This document shows positions 26,654-37,555 of a DNA stretch of 64,000 bases, piece after piece (within the stretch, counting starts at the first letter, position 1; each line of letters starts with the position of its first letter). The notes below the pieces were generated by a model that was not told the origin of the DNA, did no database searches, and saw only the letters and a program-made list of their open reading frames with translations. Source of the DNA: Dehalococcoidia bacterium (GTDB lineage Bacteria > Chloroflexota > Dehalococcoidia > Lucifugimonadales > CBDEGW01); the NCBI GenBank assembly GCA_965237935.1, contig CBDEGW010000004.1:20545-84544 (forward strand), read 5' to 3'. A program made the position numbers and the translations under genes.

Positions 26654-28222
26654 TTATTTTTTGCCCCTGCCCGGAGGTTCCTTATCCTTGCCCGGCGGTT
26701 CCTTATCCTTATCAGGCGGGCCCGTATCATTATCAGGCGGGCCCGTATCTTTGTCCTTGGGTGGCCCTTTACCTTTGTCCTCGTTAGCCTTGCCCCGCGC
26801 TTTCTCTGCGTTGCCGCGGGCCTCTGGAGGCGCATTGTTGACCGTATTCTCTAGCCTTGCCAGCAGCCTATCCTCACGCTTCTGCTGAAGCTCCGCCACC
26901 CTATCGGCGCGTTTGGCGTCTCGCTCTACCGCCGCAGCCTGGAGGCGTGCCAAACGCTCTGCAATCTTTTGAGTGCGCAGGGTATCTAGAACCTTGCCAT
27001 TGCAGATTAGCAGTGTGACGTCATCTCCCTCCACGGGAGGCGGCTCGCCTTCAGGAGGTGGCTCTTCAACGTCCAGGTCCTGAATGTTGCCGTTCTCCTC
27101 CAGGAGCTTGACTTTGCTCTTCCCCTTGGCCTGTACCACCCCCAGTAGCTGATTGCACTGCGGTTGCCCTGGAATAACTACGATGCGGCGGGCCGTAGCC
27201 GTCCGGAAGGCGGGATCGGGCGGCTCGCCGTTCTCAAGGGGCGCGCCATTCTCAGGGGGCTCACCGTTCTCAGGTGGCTCTTCACTCTCGGGCTTCTCCA
27301 GACTCACGGCAACCCTGCCACCGACTTCAATGGCCTCCGGGCCGACGTCCTTTTCCGGGGGAGCGTCTATGCGAGTCTCCGGGCCATAGTAGACGGTAAC
27401 GTTCCCGAATTTGGTCGACACTTCCATTTCGCCGTCACCAACGTAGACTACTGATCCGGAGATGCCCCTTCTGACGAGTTGTCCCGGTGGAAGGCCATCC
27501 CGCGGTGGCTCGTCCACTGTCACCGATACCTGGGTGGCGTTGGTGGTGTTTAGAGCGCTGTCGGTGGCCCGCGCATCCACGGTGTGGGGGCCGTCATCCA
27601 CTTGAGTGGTGTCCCAAGAGGTCTCGTATAGACCGCTGGTTTCGTTGTAGGTCATGGCTATGGGGGTGGCGAAGGCGGCATCGTCGATGGACATCTCCAC
27701 TGTCAGGGTCCCCGCAGCGTCCTCGTCATCGGTGGCGTCCACCTCCACCGTTACCGTGCCTGATACTATGCTGCCCTCTGTGGGGCTCACGATAGAGACG
27801 GTGGGCGGCTCGTCCACGTTGTCCACTGTCACCGATACCTGGGTGGCGTTGGTGGTGTTTAGAGCGCTGTCGGTGGCCCGCGCATCCACGGTGTGGGGGC
27901 CGTCATCCACTTGAGTGGTGTCCCAAGAGGTCTCGTATAGACCGCTGGTTTCGTTGTAGGTCATGGCTATGGGGGTGGCGAAGGCGGCATCGTCGATAGA
28001 CATCTCCACTGTCAGGGTCCCCGCCGCGTCCTCGTTATCGGTGGCGTCCACCTCCACCGTCACCGTGCCTGATACTATGCTGCCTTCTGTGGGGCTCACG
28101 ATAGAGACGGTGGGCGGCTCATCGGTCTCGGGCGGGTCCTGAGCGAGTACGAGGGATCCCGTTGTCGTGAGTAAAAAGAGGGAAAGCGGGACCAGTATTC
28201 TTAAAATGTTTTTACCAACCAT
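26654..28222 (-). CDS. Secreted surface protein with two near-identical Ig-like repeats and Pro/Lys/Asp-rich tail
   Basis: Signal peptide MVGKNILRILVPLSLFLLTTTGSLVLAQD, two 103-aa units (EPPTVSIVSPTEGSIVSGTVTVEVDATD...), a PENGEPPENGAPLENGEPP tract, a coiled-coil segment and a GPPKDKDTGPPDNDTGPPDKDKEPPGKDKEPPG tail. Confidence 0.75.
   Translation of the reverse strand: MVGKNILRILVPLSLFLLTTTGSLVLAQDPPETDEPPTVSIVSPTEGSIVSGTVTVEVDATDNEDAAGTLTVEMSIDDAAFATPIAMTYNETSGLYETSWDTTQVDDGPHTVDARATDSALNTTNATQVSVTVDNVDEPPTVSIVSPTEGSIVSGTVTVEVDATDDEDAAGTLTVEMSIDDAAFATPIAMTYNETSGLYETSWDTTQVDDGPHTVDARATDSALNTTNATQVSVTVDEPPRDGLPPGQLVRRGISGSVVYVGDGEMEVSTKFGNVTVYYGPETRIDAPPEKDVGPEAIEVGGRVAVSLEKPESEEPPENGEPPENGAPLENGEPPDPAFRTATARRIVVIPGQPQCNQLLGVVQAKGKSKVKLLEENGNIQDLDVEEPPPEGEPPPVEGDDVTLLICNGKVLDTLRTQKIAERLARLQAAAVERDAKRADRVAELQQKREDRLLARLENTVNNAPPEARGNAEKARGKANEDKGKGPPKDKDTGPPDNDTGPPDKDKEPPGKDKEPPGRGKK
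27503..28120. repeat. Tandem direct duplication (2 x about 309 bp) inside the surface protein gene
   Basis: 27512-27811 and 27821-28120 align with 5 mismatches counted by eye over about 300 nt. The period is 309 nt (103 codons). Confidence 0.85.
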
Positions 28223-28235
28223 ACCCCTGTCCTCC

Positions 28236-28709
28236 CTATGGCTCGTAGATGACTGTTAGGATCGCGAATTTCTCTTCGCCTGTCTCAGTGCTTGCCAGGA
28301 CTTCGATAATGTTAGTTCCCACCTGCATCTGGATGGTAGCCCGAAACCTGCCGTCCTCATCTACCTCTACAAAGGCGTCGCCGACACTGACAGCAGCGTC
28401 AAGTCGAGTTCTCCCCACCACATCAATGGTAGGGTTGGAGTAGTAAGGCACCACTTCCTCGGGGGCCTCGATATACAGGAAGAAGGCGCCGGTGGGGTCG
28501 GGCGTTGCCGTTGGTGCGAGTGTGGGTGCCGAAGTAGCCGTAGGGCTGATGACCGGTGCTTTGGTAGCCTCGGGCGCGGATGTTGCGGTAGGTTCTCCTC
28601 CCTCTCCACACGCCGATAGCAGGATACTTATCCCAAGCAAGAGTTGAAGACCAAGGAATAGTGCCGATTTTCTGTTCACAGGTTGCTCGCCGACATTACA
28701 AGAATGCAC
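28236..28709 (-). CDS. Lipoprotein with Thr/Pro linker and Ig-like C-terminal domain
   Basis: Lipobox ILLSAC, linker PTATSAPEATKAPVISPTATSAPTLAPTATP, then a beta-rich domain (IDVVGRTRLDAAVSVGDAFVEVDEDGRFRATIQ). The start may be a downstream GTG. Confidence 0.6.
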   Translation of the reverse strand: MHSCNVGEQPVNRKSALFLGLQLLLGISILLSACGEGGEPTATSAPEATKAPVISPTATSAPTLAPTATPDPTGAFFLYIEAPEEVVPYYSNPTIDVVGRTRLDAAVSVGDAFVEVDEDGRFRATIQMQVGTNIIEVLASTETGEEKFAILTVIYEP

Positions 28710-28954
28710 TAGGTGTCGTCACAGGATGATGCCTCATATCTTTTATATCGCAGAGGGGACAGAAAAGATACGGGCGCCCAGCGGGTGACTAGGAGAAAAT
28801 CAGCACTACAGCTACGGCAACCCGATGAAGCTTATGACGCGCACGCTATACCACGACAGCGCGGAGGACCAGAGATGGCACGAGCCTTAGCAAGGCCTCC
28901 CGCAGGTCAATGGCGATGAGGGGTAAAGTGCTTGAACCGACGACTGCTTAGCTC

Positions 28955-29059
28955 CTAGTCCTCCTTCTGTTGGTCTTCAATTGCTTTGATGGCGAGTTCC
29001 CACGCTTTCTTGTAATGATCAACGGCCTTGTATGTTGGTTCTGGTGTGTGACAATCACT
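28955..29059 (-). pseudogene. Probable detached C-terminal end of the YVTN surface-protein gene (left of the IS110 insertion)
   Basis: Minus-strand frame reads SDCHTPEPTYKAVDHYKKAWELAIKAIEDQQKED-stop. It has the same helical Lys/Glu/Ala-rich character and the same absolute codon phase as the gene body at 30200-32098. A TGA lies immediately upstream, at the presumed IS boundary. Confidence 0.4.
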
Positions 29060-30199
<1,140 letters not shown>

Positions 30200-30212
<13 letters not shown>

Positions 30213-32098
30213 GGTTTCCCAGCCCCCCTCGCCTCCTCGGCCTTGGCGATCTCCTTCTCCACCTTGTTCCGTATTTTAGGGCTTAACGCTCCGGCTGCCT
30301 CAGCATCCTCTATGGCGATAAGCGCCAACAACTCGTCGATATCCACTAGCAGATCGATAGCCTCCTGGGCGGCTGCCAGCCCCTCGGCGCTGAGAGTTTC
30401 TTCCTCGTCCTGGCCGGCTTTCTTAATCGCTTTTAAAAGCTCTTTGATAGCTTTGGCTTCCTCCTTAAAGACCTTGTCGCCACGATCGGGGTCTGGATGG
30501 AAGCCGTCAATCCACAGTTCGGGCTCACGGGCCTTTTGAAGTCTGTTGATAGCTTTTTCTATGCTCTTGGACTCGGCTTCGTACGGTTCGATTAGACTCT
30601 GTACTCGTGCCTTGAGTTCTCGTGGGCTAGCCTCTATTTCCTCTCCTGGTTCTAACTGGACTGCAATGTCCCCGATTTCGACGACGATCGCAGTTTTGCC
30701 AATGTTCTCAATAATGAACTGGCCGTCCTCGGTTTCCGTTACCTTGGCAGTCCCCCCACTGGGCACCGTAACACTTACCTGATCGCTGACAGGGACCTCG
30801 ACGGGGCCCACGAGCACCTCCACCGTCAACGACCCGCAGGTCACCACCACCGAATCACCATCAGTGAGTAGAACTGGAAGGTTACAAGCGTCGAAAGCTG
30901 CGGTGCCTGATCCCCCACCGGCTGCTTCGAGCAGCAGGCCGTCGGGATTAGTTGCATCCTCTACAGACACAAGCAGATCGTCTATAGAGACTATGGATCC
31001 GAAGCTGGTCCCACCCAGGTGCTGGTCCGTGAAGTTATTGGAGAAAACCGCGCTCTGGTCCACAAAACTGGCGTTTACAAATAGGCCATCCACGCCATCT
31101 TTGATCCCGTCGCCATCGCTGTCTGTGCTGATGCTACCGATAACTGAGAGGACGCCGGTACCTATATTTGCGACGTAAACGCGATCGGTGTCGGGGTTCA
31201 CTCCGACGTCAATCGCCCCAGTAGATGGAGCCAAGGGAACCTCGGCAACCACGGTATCAGTCCCACCGTCGATGATCGAGACGCTGCTGCTGCTATTGTT
31301 TGCTACGTACACAAAACCTGTGGAGGTGTTCACAGCAACGCCAACTGGCCCATTCCCCACCGGCACGGTCGCGATGACGCTGTTGGCGACTGCATCGATT
31401 ACAGAGACATTGTCGCTTGTAAAGTTGGAGACATAGACGCGCCCGACGCCAGGATTCACAGCTACTCCGGCTGGCCCGGTCCCAACTGGCACGGTCGCAA
31501 TCACGGTGTTGCTCAACCCGTCAATGACTGAGACCGTGTCGCTGGAGTTGTTCGCTACGTAGACCCGCCCTGTAGACGCGTTCGCTGCAACGTCGCTCGG
31601 CCCGAGGCCTACAGGGATCGTGGCGACAACGGCACCGGAGATCGCGTTGATTACAGAGACGTTATCGCTTAAGAAATTTGCTGCATAGACGCGATCGGCG
31701 CCAGGGTTTACGCCAACGTCGAAGGTCCCGTCCCCGACAGGGATCGTAGAAAGGACGGTGTTAGACCCTCCATCGATGACAAAGACGCTATCGCCAGAGA
31801 AATCGGCTACGTATATCCGGTTTGGCGTCGGGTCGACATCAACCCCAACCGGTACGCCTCCCGATGGTATGTTGGTGACGAGAGTGTCTGTGGTGGCATC
31901 AACCACCGAGACGGTGCCGCCTCCAAGGTTCGCCACATATACCAGGCCGGTCGAAGCGTTGACTCCAACGCCTCTGGCCCCGCTGCCTGTGGGGATCGTG
32001 GCTACTACTGTCGGGTCAACGTGCGCTCCCTGGGCGCCAGGGATACCCACAAAGAGAGCCCCTACGAGCAACACCAGAACCAACGCGCTTACACGCAT
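30200..32098 (-). pseudogene. YVTN-family beta-propeller repeat surface protein, 3' end interrupted by IS110 and Shine-Dalgarno displaced by IS3
   Basis: Signal peptide MRVSALVLVLLVGALFVGIPGAQG, then at least seven repeats of the V(Y)VAN..S.TVSVID type, a DSDGDGIKDGVDG motif and a helical tail. The 944-aa track ORF continues in frame into the antisense of the IS110 transposase, which is read-through not native sequence. Confidence 0.75.
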
Positions 32099-32123
32099 GT
32101 AGGAACTAAGGTGGACCCCATTA

Positions 32124-33059
32124 TTAAGACAGCACGAGGGCTAAATTAAGAGAGTCTCCCACCCCTGCGCTAGGTTTCACCAAGCCCGATGGCAGCCCTG
32201 CTTCTTCAGCTGCTGCTCCCCTTTCTTCCTGGCCATGTTGGTACACCTCTGCTGGGGTCCGGTAGCCCAAAGCCTGGTGAGGCCTCTGCCGGTTGTAGAA
32301 CTCCAGGTAGGCATTGATCCCAGTTCGGGCCTCGGCGACGGTCTGGTAAGCTTTCAGATACACCTCCTCGTACTTGATGCTCCGCCACAGCCGCTCCACG
32401 AAGATGTTGTCCAGGTACCTACCCTTACCATCCATGCTGACCTGGACCCTCTGCTCCTGCAACGTCTGGGTAAAGGCCTCACTGGTGAACTGACTCCCTT
32501 GGTCGGTGTTGAATATCTCCGGTCGTCCCTTACCCAGGGCTTCCTCCAACGCCGCCACGCAGAAGCTGGTGTCCATGGTGTTGGAGAGCTTCCAGGCCAG
32601 CACGTGCCGGCTGTGCCAGTCCATGATGGCCACCAGGTACAGGAAGCCCTTCGCCATGGGGATGTAGGTGATGTCCGCGGCCCAGACCTGGTCGACCCGA
32701 TTAACCTCCACTCCCTTCAGCAGATAGGGAAAGATCCGGTGTCCCGGCGCTGGTTTGCTGGTGTTGGGACGCCGGTAGATCGCTTCCAGACCCATCAACC
32801 GCATCAGCCTTCGAACCCTTTTTCGGCTCACCAGATAGCCCTGTTGCAGCAGCCAGGCCTTCATCTTCCTGGAGCCGTAGAAGGGGGTCTTCAAATACTG
32901 ACGGTCCATCAGGGCCATCAACTCCAGGTCTTCTGCCCTGGTCGGTACCGGCCGGTAGTACACCGAGGCCCGGCTGACGTCCAGCAGGATACATTGACGC
33001 ACCAAAGACAGCTGCTGGTGGTCTCGGTCTATCATGGCTCGCCGTATGCTGCGACTCAT
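32124..33059 (-). CDS. IS3-family transposase OrfB (rve integrase core, DDE)
   Basis: [27 protein letters not shown]...[12 protein letters not shown]...[16 protein letters not shown]...[19 protein letters not shown]. Confidence 0.92.
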   Translation of the reverse strand: MSRSIRRAMIDRDHQQLSLVRQCILLDVSRASVYYRPVPTRAEDLELMALMDRQYLKTPFYGSRKMKAWLLQQGYLVSRKRVRRLMRLMGLEAIYRRPNTSKPAPGHRIFPYLLKGVEVNRVDQVWAADITYIPMAKGFLYLVAIMDWHSRHVLAWKLSNTMDTSFCVAALEEALGKGRPEIFNTDQGSQFTSEAFTQTLQEQRVQVSMDGKGRYLDNIFVERLWRSIKYEEVYLKAYQTVAEARTGINAYLEFYNRQRPHQALGYRTPAEVYQHGQEERGAAAEEAGLPSGLVKPSAGVGDSLNLALVLS

Positions 33060-33355
33060 AGACCGGACCTTTCCGACAAAAAATCGCGTTCCACCTTCAG
33101 CTGGCCGATGTGCCGGTAGAGGTGGTTAATCTGAGCTTCCTTGGCTTTCTCCTGGGATTTCTGATTGGTGGCAAATAGCTCCGGGGCTCCTTCCACCAGG
33201 GCCCTTTTCCAGGCGTGAATCTGACTGGGATGGACCTCAAATCGGCTGGCCAGCTGGGCGATGGTCTCTTCCCCCGCAAGGGCGGCCAGGGCCACCTTGG
33301 CCTTGAACGCCGGACTGTGCTTATTCCTCGTCTGCTTCATGTCCTGCTCCTCCAC
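33056..33355 (-). CDS. IS3-family transposase OrfA (HTH)
   Basis: [46 protein letters not shown] overlap with orfB. Confidence 0.9.
   Translation of the reverse strand: MEEQDMKQTRNKHSPAFKAKVALAALAGEETIAQLASRFEVHPSQIHAWKRALVEGAPELFATNQKSQEKAKEAQINHLYRHIGQLKVERDFLSERSGL
33077..33084 (-). other. Candidate -1 programmed frameshift site of IS3 orfAB
   Basis: The minus strand reads A-TTT-TTT-G (six T, plus-strand A run 33078-33083) about 20 nt before the orfA stop. This is the usual position of the IS3 slippery heptamer. Confidence 0.5.
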
Positions 33356-33438
33356 GTCGGTTAGTTGCCGGTTATTTTAGGAGCTGGACTCTCTCTTAGC
33401 CAGTTGTCTAGTTTTTGGGTACCACCTCAAACCTCACA

Positions 33439-33888
33439 GTGGAAGATTCCGTACTCGGTAGCCCTTTCCTTTTCTGTTTATCGAGGGAGCCTGCAACGAG
33501 AAGCGACTGGGAAAGACTGCGAGCTGCGCTGCTGGAGAGATACGACACCTGGACCGTAACGGAAGACGTGGCCAGTCTGAACTTTGAGATCGAGTGCGGC
33601 ATCAAGCGATGGATGGGGCTGAACGAGATAACGGAGCACAGGCTTGAGCAGAAGAGAGGTTGGGTGGCATACTCATACGATACAGCCCCGCCAAGCGACG
33701 CGATACGCGAAATAGCGCAAATCACAAGATGGTTCCGGAAGAGAAGGAAATACGGAGATCAGGAAGAGTACAGACTCGCATGGAACCTGCAGAGTCCACA
33801 ATGGGAGAGCCTTCCCGACTCACTAGAAATCGAGCTAACAAAGACCGGGCTAGGTCTATTCAAACCATGGGAGCCGCCCAAGGACTAG
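33439..33888 (+). CDS. Hypothetical protein (5' end uncertain; the track ORF start lies inside the IS3 end)
   Basis: The track ORF 33415-33888 begins within the IS3 terminal repeat. The first possible native start is GTG 33439. No motif recognised. Visibly more AT-rich than the surroundings. Confidence 0.35.
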   Translation: MEDSVLGSPFLFCLSREPATRSDWERLRAALLERYDTWTVTEDVASLNFEIECGIKRWMGLNEITEHRLEQKRGWVAYSYDTAPPSDAIREIAQITRWFRKRRKYGDQEEYRLAWNLQSPQWESLPDSLEIELTKTGLGLFKPWEPPKD

Positions 33889-33943
33889 TAGGCTTCAGTG
33901 TCCAAGTCCGGCTGTTCTCATCGGCGACCCTTGCCCTCACAGA

Positions 33944-34041
33944 GCCCCCAGCCACACTTCGAAAACGGTTCTGTCTACCGTCAAAATAGGCCCACCAACG
34001 TATACGGTAGACAGAACCGTTTTCGAATTGTGGCTGGGGGC
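33944..34041. repeat. Palindromic member of the TTCGAA..CTGYCTACSGTCAA..TAGG repeat family (copy S1)
   Basis: Two 38-nt arms (33944-33981 and 34004-34041) are complementary with a single mismatch, around a 22-nt loop CAAAATAGGCCCACCAACGTAT. Confidence 0.8.
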
Positions 34042-34330
34042 CCTATGATCCCTGGTACCGTGATCCCCTGGTAGTTCGAGCCTCTTCAGGTGGCACCCCG
34101 AGGTTAGCAGAGAGGGAACACGCCGACGGTCGGTCTCCGATATTGCTAGGAATAGCATCTCGTACTTGGGATGGCTCCATGCAACACATTCAGACCGCAA
34201 GCTATCGAATAATGATTCCTCACTCAGTTTTCGCCATGCTCGACAGGGACATCATGCCAAGGTTCTTGTGAGAGATACCGTGCAAGATCACAATAAGAGG
34301 GCACAGTACACCATCTTTGCCGGTGTCATG

Positions 34331-34426
34331 GTGCCAAGGGCGGAGGACTTTCCCCAGCGGCTGGAGCGACCGAAGGAGAAGAACGGTCTGTCTTGGTGGG
34401 AGTTCGCCCAGCATCTCGGTGTTACG
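34331..34426 (+). pseudogene. Truncated copy of the small HTH gene family found at 58598-59189
   Basis: AEDFPQRLERPKEKNGLSWWEFAQHLGVT aligns with PRDFGKRLVRFKEAADVTWDELADLLGV and GDFAKALERFQEASGLTWAEIARRLGT. Similarity stops where the IS1380 fragment begins. Confidence 0.45.
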
Positions 34427-34439
34427 GGCTCAAAGCAGG

Positions 34440-35030
34440 CTAGCCAGGTGCCAGCCGAAGCCGGCTGATCCGTTCTAGTATCCCGGTCAGCATTTCCCTG
34501 GTTACCAACACCTCGGCAAGTTGAAACACTAGCCTCCTGGCATGACGTACCAACCGTCCTCCGGTTTTGATCAGCCTGGTCTGAAGACTGGTCAGCGACC
34601 AGTGCATCATATCCTCCGGCAACACCAGCCTTCCCAGGAAGTTGCCCAGGTTGTAAGCCAGGACGAACAGCCATAGCCTCACCTGGTTGGCCACGAACTT
34701 ATGGCAGGAAAGCCGGGTCCAGTTCAGGGCGCACTTGCCTTCCTTGATCCACTGCTCCGCCGTGCCACGGCCATTGTAGAAGCGGACTATGCCTTTGGGT
34801 GGATATCTCAGGTTGGTCACGATGAAACCAACCCTGGGGAACAGCTCCCCCTGGTGCCACTCCACCTTGGCCACCACTCGCCTGGGTAAGTGCCAACTCT
34901 GGGCCTGGTAGGCAAAGTCGTGATAGGAGACGATAGGCTCCCGGGACGGCCATTCATGAGGACGCTCCAGCAAAGGCTGGATCTGCTCTTGAATCACCTG
35001 ATTGGCGGGAAGCCGGATGGCGTACGTCAT
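34440..35030 (-). pseudogene. IS1380-family transposase, C-terminal fragment only
   Basis: The 196 aa are collinear with, and highly similar to, the C-terminal half of the full-length copy at 37571-38902 (YAIRLPAN...VAKVEWHQGELFPRVGFIV...RFYNGRGTAEQWIKEGK...RLRLAPG). The N-terminal about 250 aa are missing. Confidence 0.88.
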
Positions 35031-35132
35031 CTTTTCTTGTTCCAGAGCGGATAAACTGGTTCAAAAGGGCCAGCCGTAGGCGCTAGAACGAGGAATTTAT
35101 GGCAATTAAAAACAATTTTTGTGCAAAGCCGT

Positions 35133-35576
35133 TTACTTTTCCTGTTCCGGACCGTGATCTTCCGCCCAGTTGCCTTTTCTGCGGTTCATGATGATGAGGA
35201 CCACCGCGAGCGCCAGGAGCAGAAACCCCACCAGTGGGGTTCCAGTAAACAGGAGGCCGAGCCATTGCCACCATACGGGGTGTTCGCTGTGCTCGTCGAC
35301 GAAGATGCCCGGCGAAACTATAGTGCGCAACACCAGAGGGGCGAGATGCGTAATGAGCAAGAACGCCGCCACAGCAAGCATCCAGTGTCGGGGCTTCCAA
35401 CTGACGAACGGCCCCTTGCCCTTGTGTCTGTTGCCCCAGTTGGCACCGAAGGAGCCGCCACAAGCCATGCCCAGGATGAGGCCGATGGGAACGGCTATCG
35501 AGAAATGTAGCATGATCCCAACAACCCCGCCCAACACCAAGCCGATGAGCCCGCCTAGAATCGCTCCGTGGGTCAT
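35133..35576 (-). CDS. Hypothetical membrane protein
   Basis: 147 aa with four hydrophobic spans (Gly-rich GGLIGLVLGGVVGIML...). No motif recognised. Confidence 0.5.
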   Translation of the reverse strand: MTHGAILGGLIGLVLGGVVGIMLHFSIAVPIGLILGMACGGSFGANWGNRHKGKGPFVSWKPRHWMLAVAAFLLITHLAPLVLRTIVSPGIFVDEHSEHPVWWQWLGLLFTGTPLVGFLLLALAVVLIIMNRRKGNWAEDHGPEQEK

Positions 35577-35762
35577 AGCAACCTCCCGATGGCTAGCGGC
35601 ACCGTGTTGACCGGGATTCCCCAGATCAAACCAACTTTCCTGGGTATAGCTCCTTCTGGGATACCGTCAAATATAATCCCGCATTCCAAGGGCATCAAAT
35701 GCGGCCTGATTCGCTCAAATTCCCCGTTTTCATATAGCAACCACCGTCCTGCCAAGCCTTAA

Positions 35763-37470
35763 CCCAAATCCACCGAGGGGATGACTATGCAGCAGCGGAA
35801 CTGGCGATAGGGGCAAGGGAGGGCGATGGTCCGGGCACGATTTGGGGTAGAGGGGGGCCGGTGTCTGTCTTCAGTTGCCGCGGGGAGACTTTGTGACCGT
35901 CTGCGAATGTTGGTCAGGGCGAGATAGCGGGGAGAGGGCGCAGCAAGAGGCACTCGCAGACCGGACTGGCGCGAGTTCGCGGGGACGTTCGGTTGGCCGG
36001 ATGGCGGCCGGTTGCCGCGGCCGTCAGGCAGGGAGTGGCAGGGCGCGCAATCGGGCCAGGGCACGATCGAACTGGGCTTCCCAAGGCCAGCGCTGTGGCA
36101 GATGCAGTGTGAGGCGGCGCGCCGAGCGGGTGAGCCGTCCGGCCAGGGAGAAGAACCGCCGCCGGAGGGTCTTGGTGGTCACCACCTGCTCGCCCAGACC
36201 GATGCGCGCTGTCCAGCGGGCGAGGTTGTGGGCCATCACCTGTACCGCCAGCCAGGCGGCGTTGGCGGCGAAGCGGCCCGAGGGGAGATGGTTCAACCCC
36301 ACACCGTGCTTGAGGTCTCGGATGGCATTCTCGATCTCGGCGTGGCGGCGATGGTCGGCCTCCAGTTCGAGCATCTCCCCGTCCCGGTCGGTGATGAAGC
36401 CGTGATAGCTGTAGGAGGCGAAGAGGGCCAGCTGGGAACCGGGCGTGGGCTTCACACGCCGGACGATGAGCCGCACCGGTGCGGCGTCAGGTTCACTCTG
36501 GAAGGGAGTGCAGGTGGTCTCGGCCACATCGGCGGCGCCGTCCATCCAGTAGGGAATGGGAGTCCAGGCATCCTCTGGTATCGCCTCGATGAGATTGCGC
36601 AGGCTCTTGTGCTGGCGGATGGTGATGGAGAAGCGGACATCCATCTTGCGGCAGACGGATACCACGCCATGAGTGTAGAACCCGCTGTCGGCCCGTAGCG
36701 TGAGTCGTCCGTTGGCCCCGGCGTAGCGCACCCGTCCCACCGTCTCCCGCAGGAAGTGGGCGGCGCCGCGGGCGGTGTTGGCCCGGCCCTCGCGCAGCCG
36801 GGACATCAGCACGTCGCCGGTGCCGGCGGCGATGGCCAGCAGCGGGTGGTAGCCCCGCTTGCCGGTATAGCCGTGGTGGCGGGCGCCCTCCTTGGCCAGT
36901 CCGTAGGTCTCGCAGATGGTGGAATCGAGGTCGATGGTGAACGGCGCGTCGCCGGGTCCGGCCCCAGCGGCCCAGGCCCGGGCCAGCAGCTCCCGGCTCA
37001 CCCGGTCCAGCTGGCGGACGTGGCCCCACCGGAAGCTGCGCAGGAAGGTCCCCAGGGTGGATGGCGCCTTGACCGTGCCGCCCAGGGTGCAGGCCATCCC
37101 CCCGGTGCGCAACACATCGGCGTCGTCGATGCAGTCGCCGCCGGCCATGGCTGAGGCCACCAGGGTCATCAGCTTGTCTCCGGTGTTGGCCCGCCCCGGC
37201 GCGCCGCCCAGGTCAAGGTGATGGTCAACGAGTTCCCGCAGGCCCAGATGCCGGGCGAGGGTGGCCGGCAGGAGCAGACCGGCATTGGCCACCAGGCGGT
37301 GATCGTCAAAGACGATACGGATACGGTCGGGGTGGTTGCGTGGTAGCATCTATTGGGTGCTCCTTCTCTGGGACTGTTTTGCTGTTACAAAACCATTATC
37401 CCAGATTCAGAGGAGCACCCTCTGGCCACTTCAGGATGCTAACCAAACGCCCTCCCTCGGTGGATTCGGG
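35763..37470 (-). mobile_element. IS1380-family insertion sequence, complete (about 1.7 kb)
   Basis: 17-nt terminal inverted repeats CCCAAATCCACCGAGGG (35763-35779) and CCCTCGGTGGATTCGGG (37454-37470), 16/17 complementary. They enclose the 441-aa transposase. Confidence 0.75.
36024..37349 (-). CDS. IS1380-family transposase (DDE group 1)
   Basis: VFDDHRLVANAGLLLPATLARHLGL...DSTICETYG...GYHPLLA...RADSGFY... pattern of IS1380 transposases. 441 aa. Confidence 0.88.
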   Translation of the reverse strand: MLPRNHPDRIRIVFDDHRLVANAGLLLPATLARHLGLRELVDHHLDLGGAPGRANTGDKLMTLVASAMAGGDCIDDADVLRTGGMACTLGGTVKAPSTLGTFLRSFRWGHVRQLDRVSRELLARAWAAGAGPGDAPFTIDLDSTICETYGLAKEGARHHGYTGKRGYHPLLAIAAGTGDVLMSRLREGRANTARGAAHFLRETVGRVRYAGANGRLTLRADSGFYTHGVVSVCRKMDVRFSITIRQHKSLRNLIEAIPEDAWTPIPYWMDGAADVAETTCTPFQSEPDAAPVRLIVRRVKPTPGSQLALFASYSYHGFITDRDGEMLELEADHRRHAEIENAIRDLKHGVGLNHLPSGRFAANAAWLAVQVMAHNLARWTARIGLGEQVVTTKTLRRRFFSLAGRLTRSARRLTLHLPQRWPWEAQFDRALARLRALPLPA

Positions 37471-37555
37471 CTAAAATCCCCAAACCGCTGGTCTACGCCC
37501 AAGTCTCCCCCTTGGGAACCTCTTTTGCGACCCCGTAACCGTAACCAATCCCGAT

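Larger units (their letters stand above)
32107..33429 (-). mobile_element. IS3-family insertion sequence, apparently complete
   Basis: Imperfect terminal inverted repeats TAAGGTGGACCCCA... (32107-) and ...GGGTACCACCTCA (-33429). 3-bp direct repeat AAC on both flanks (32104-32106 and 33430-32). Contains orfA and orfB. Confidence 0.8.
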
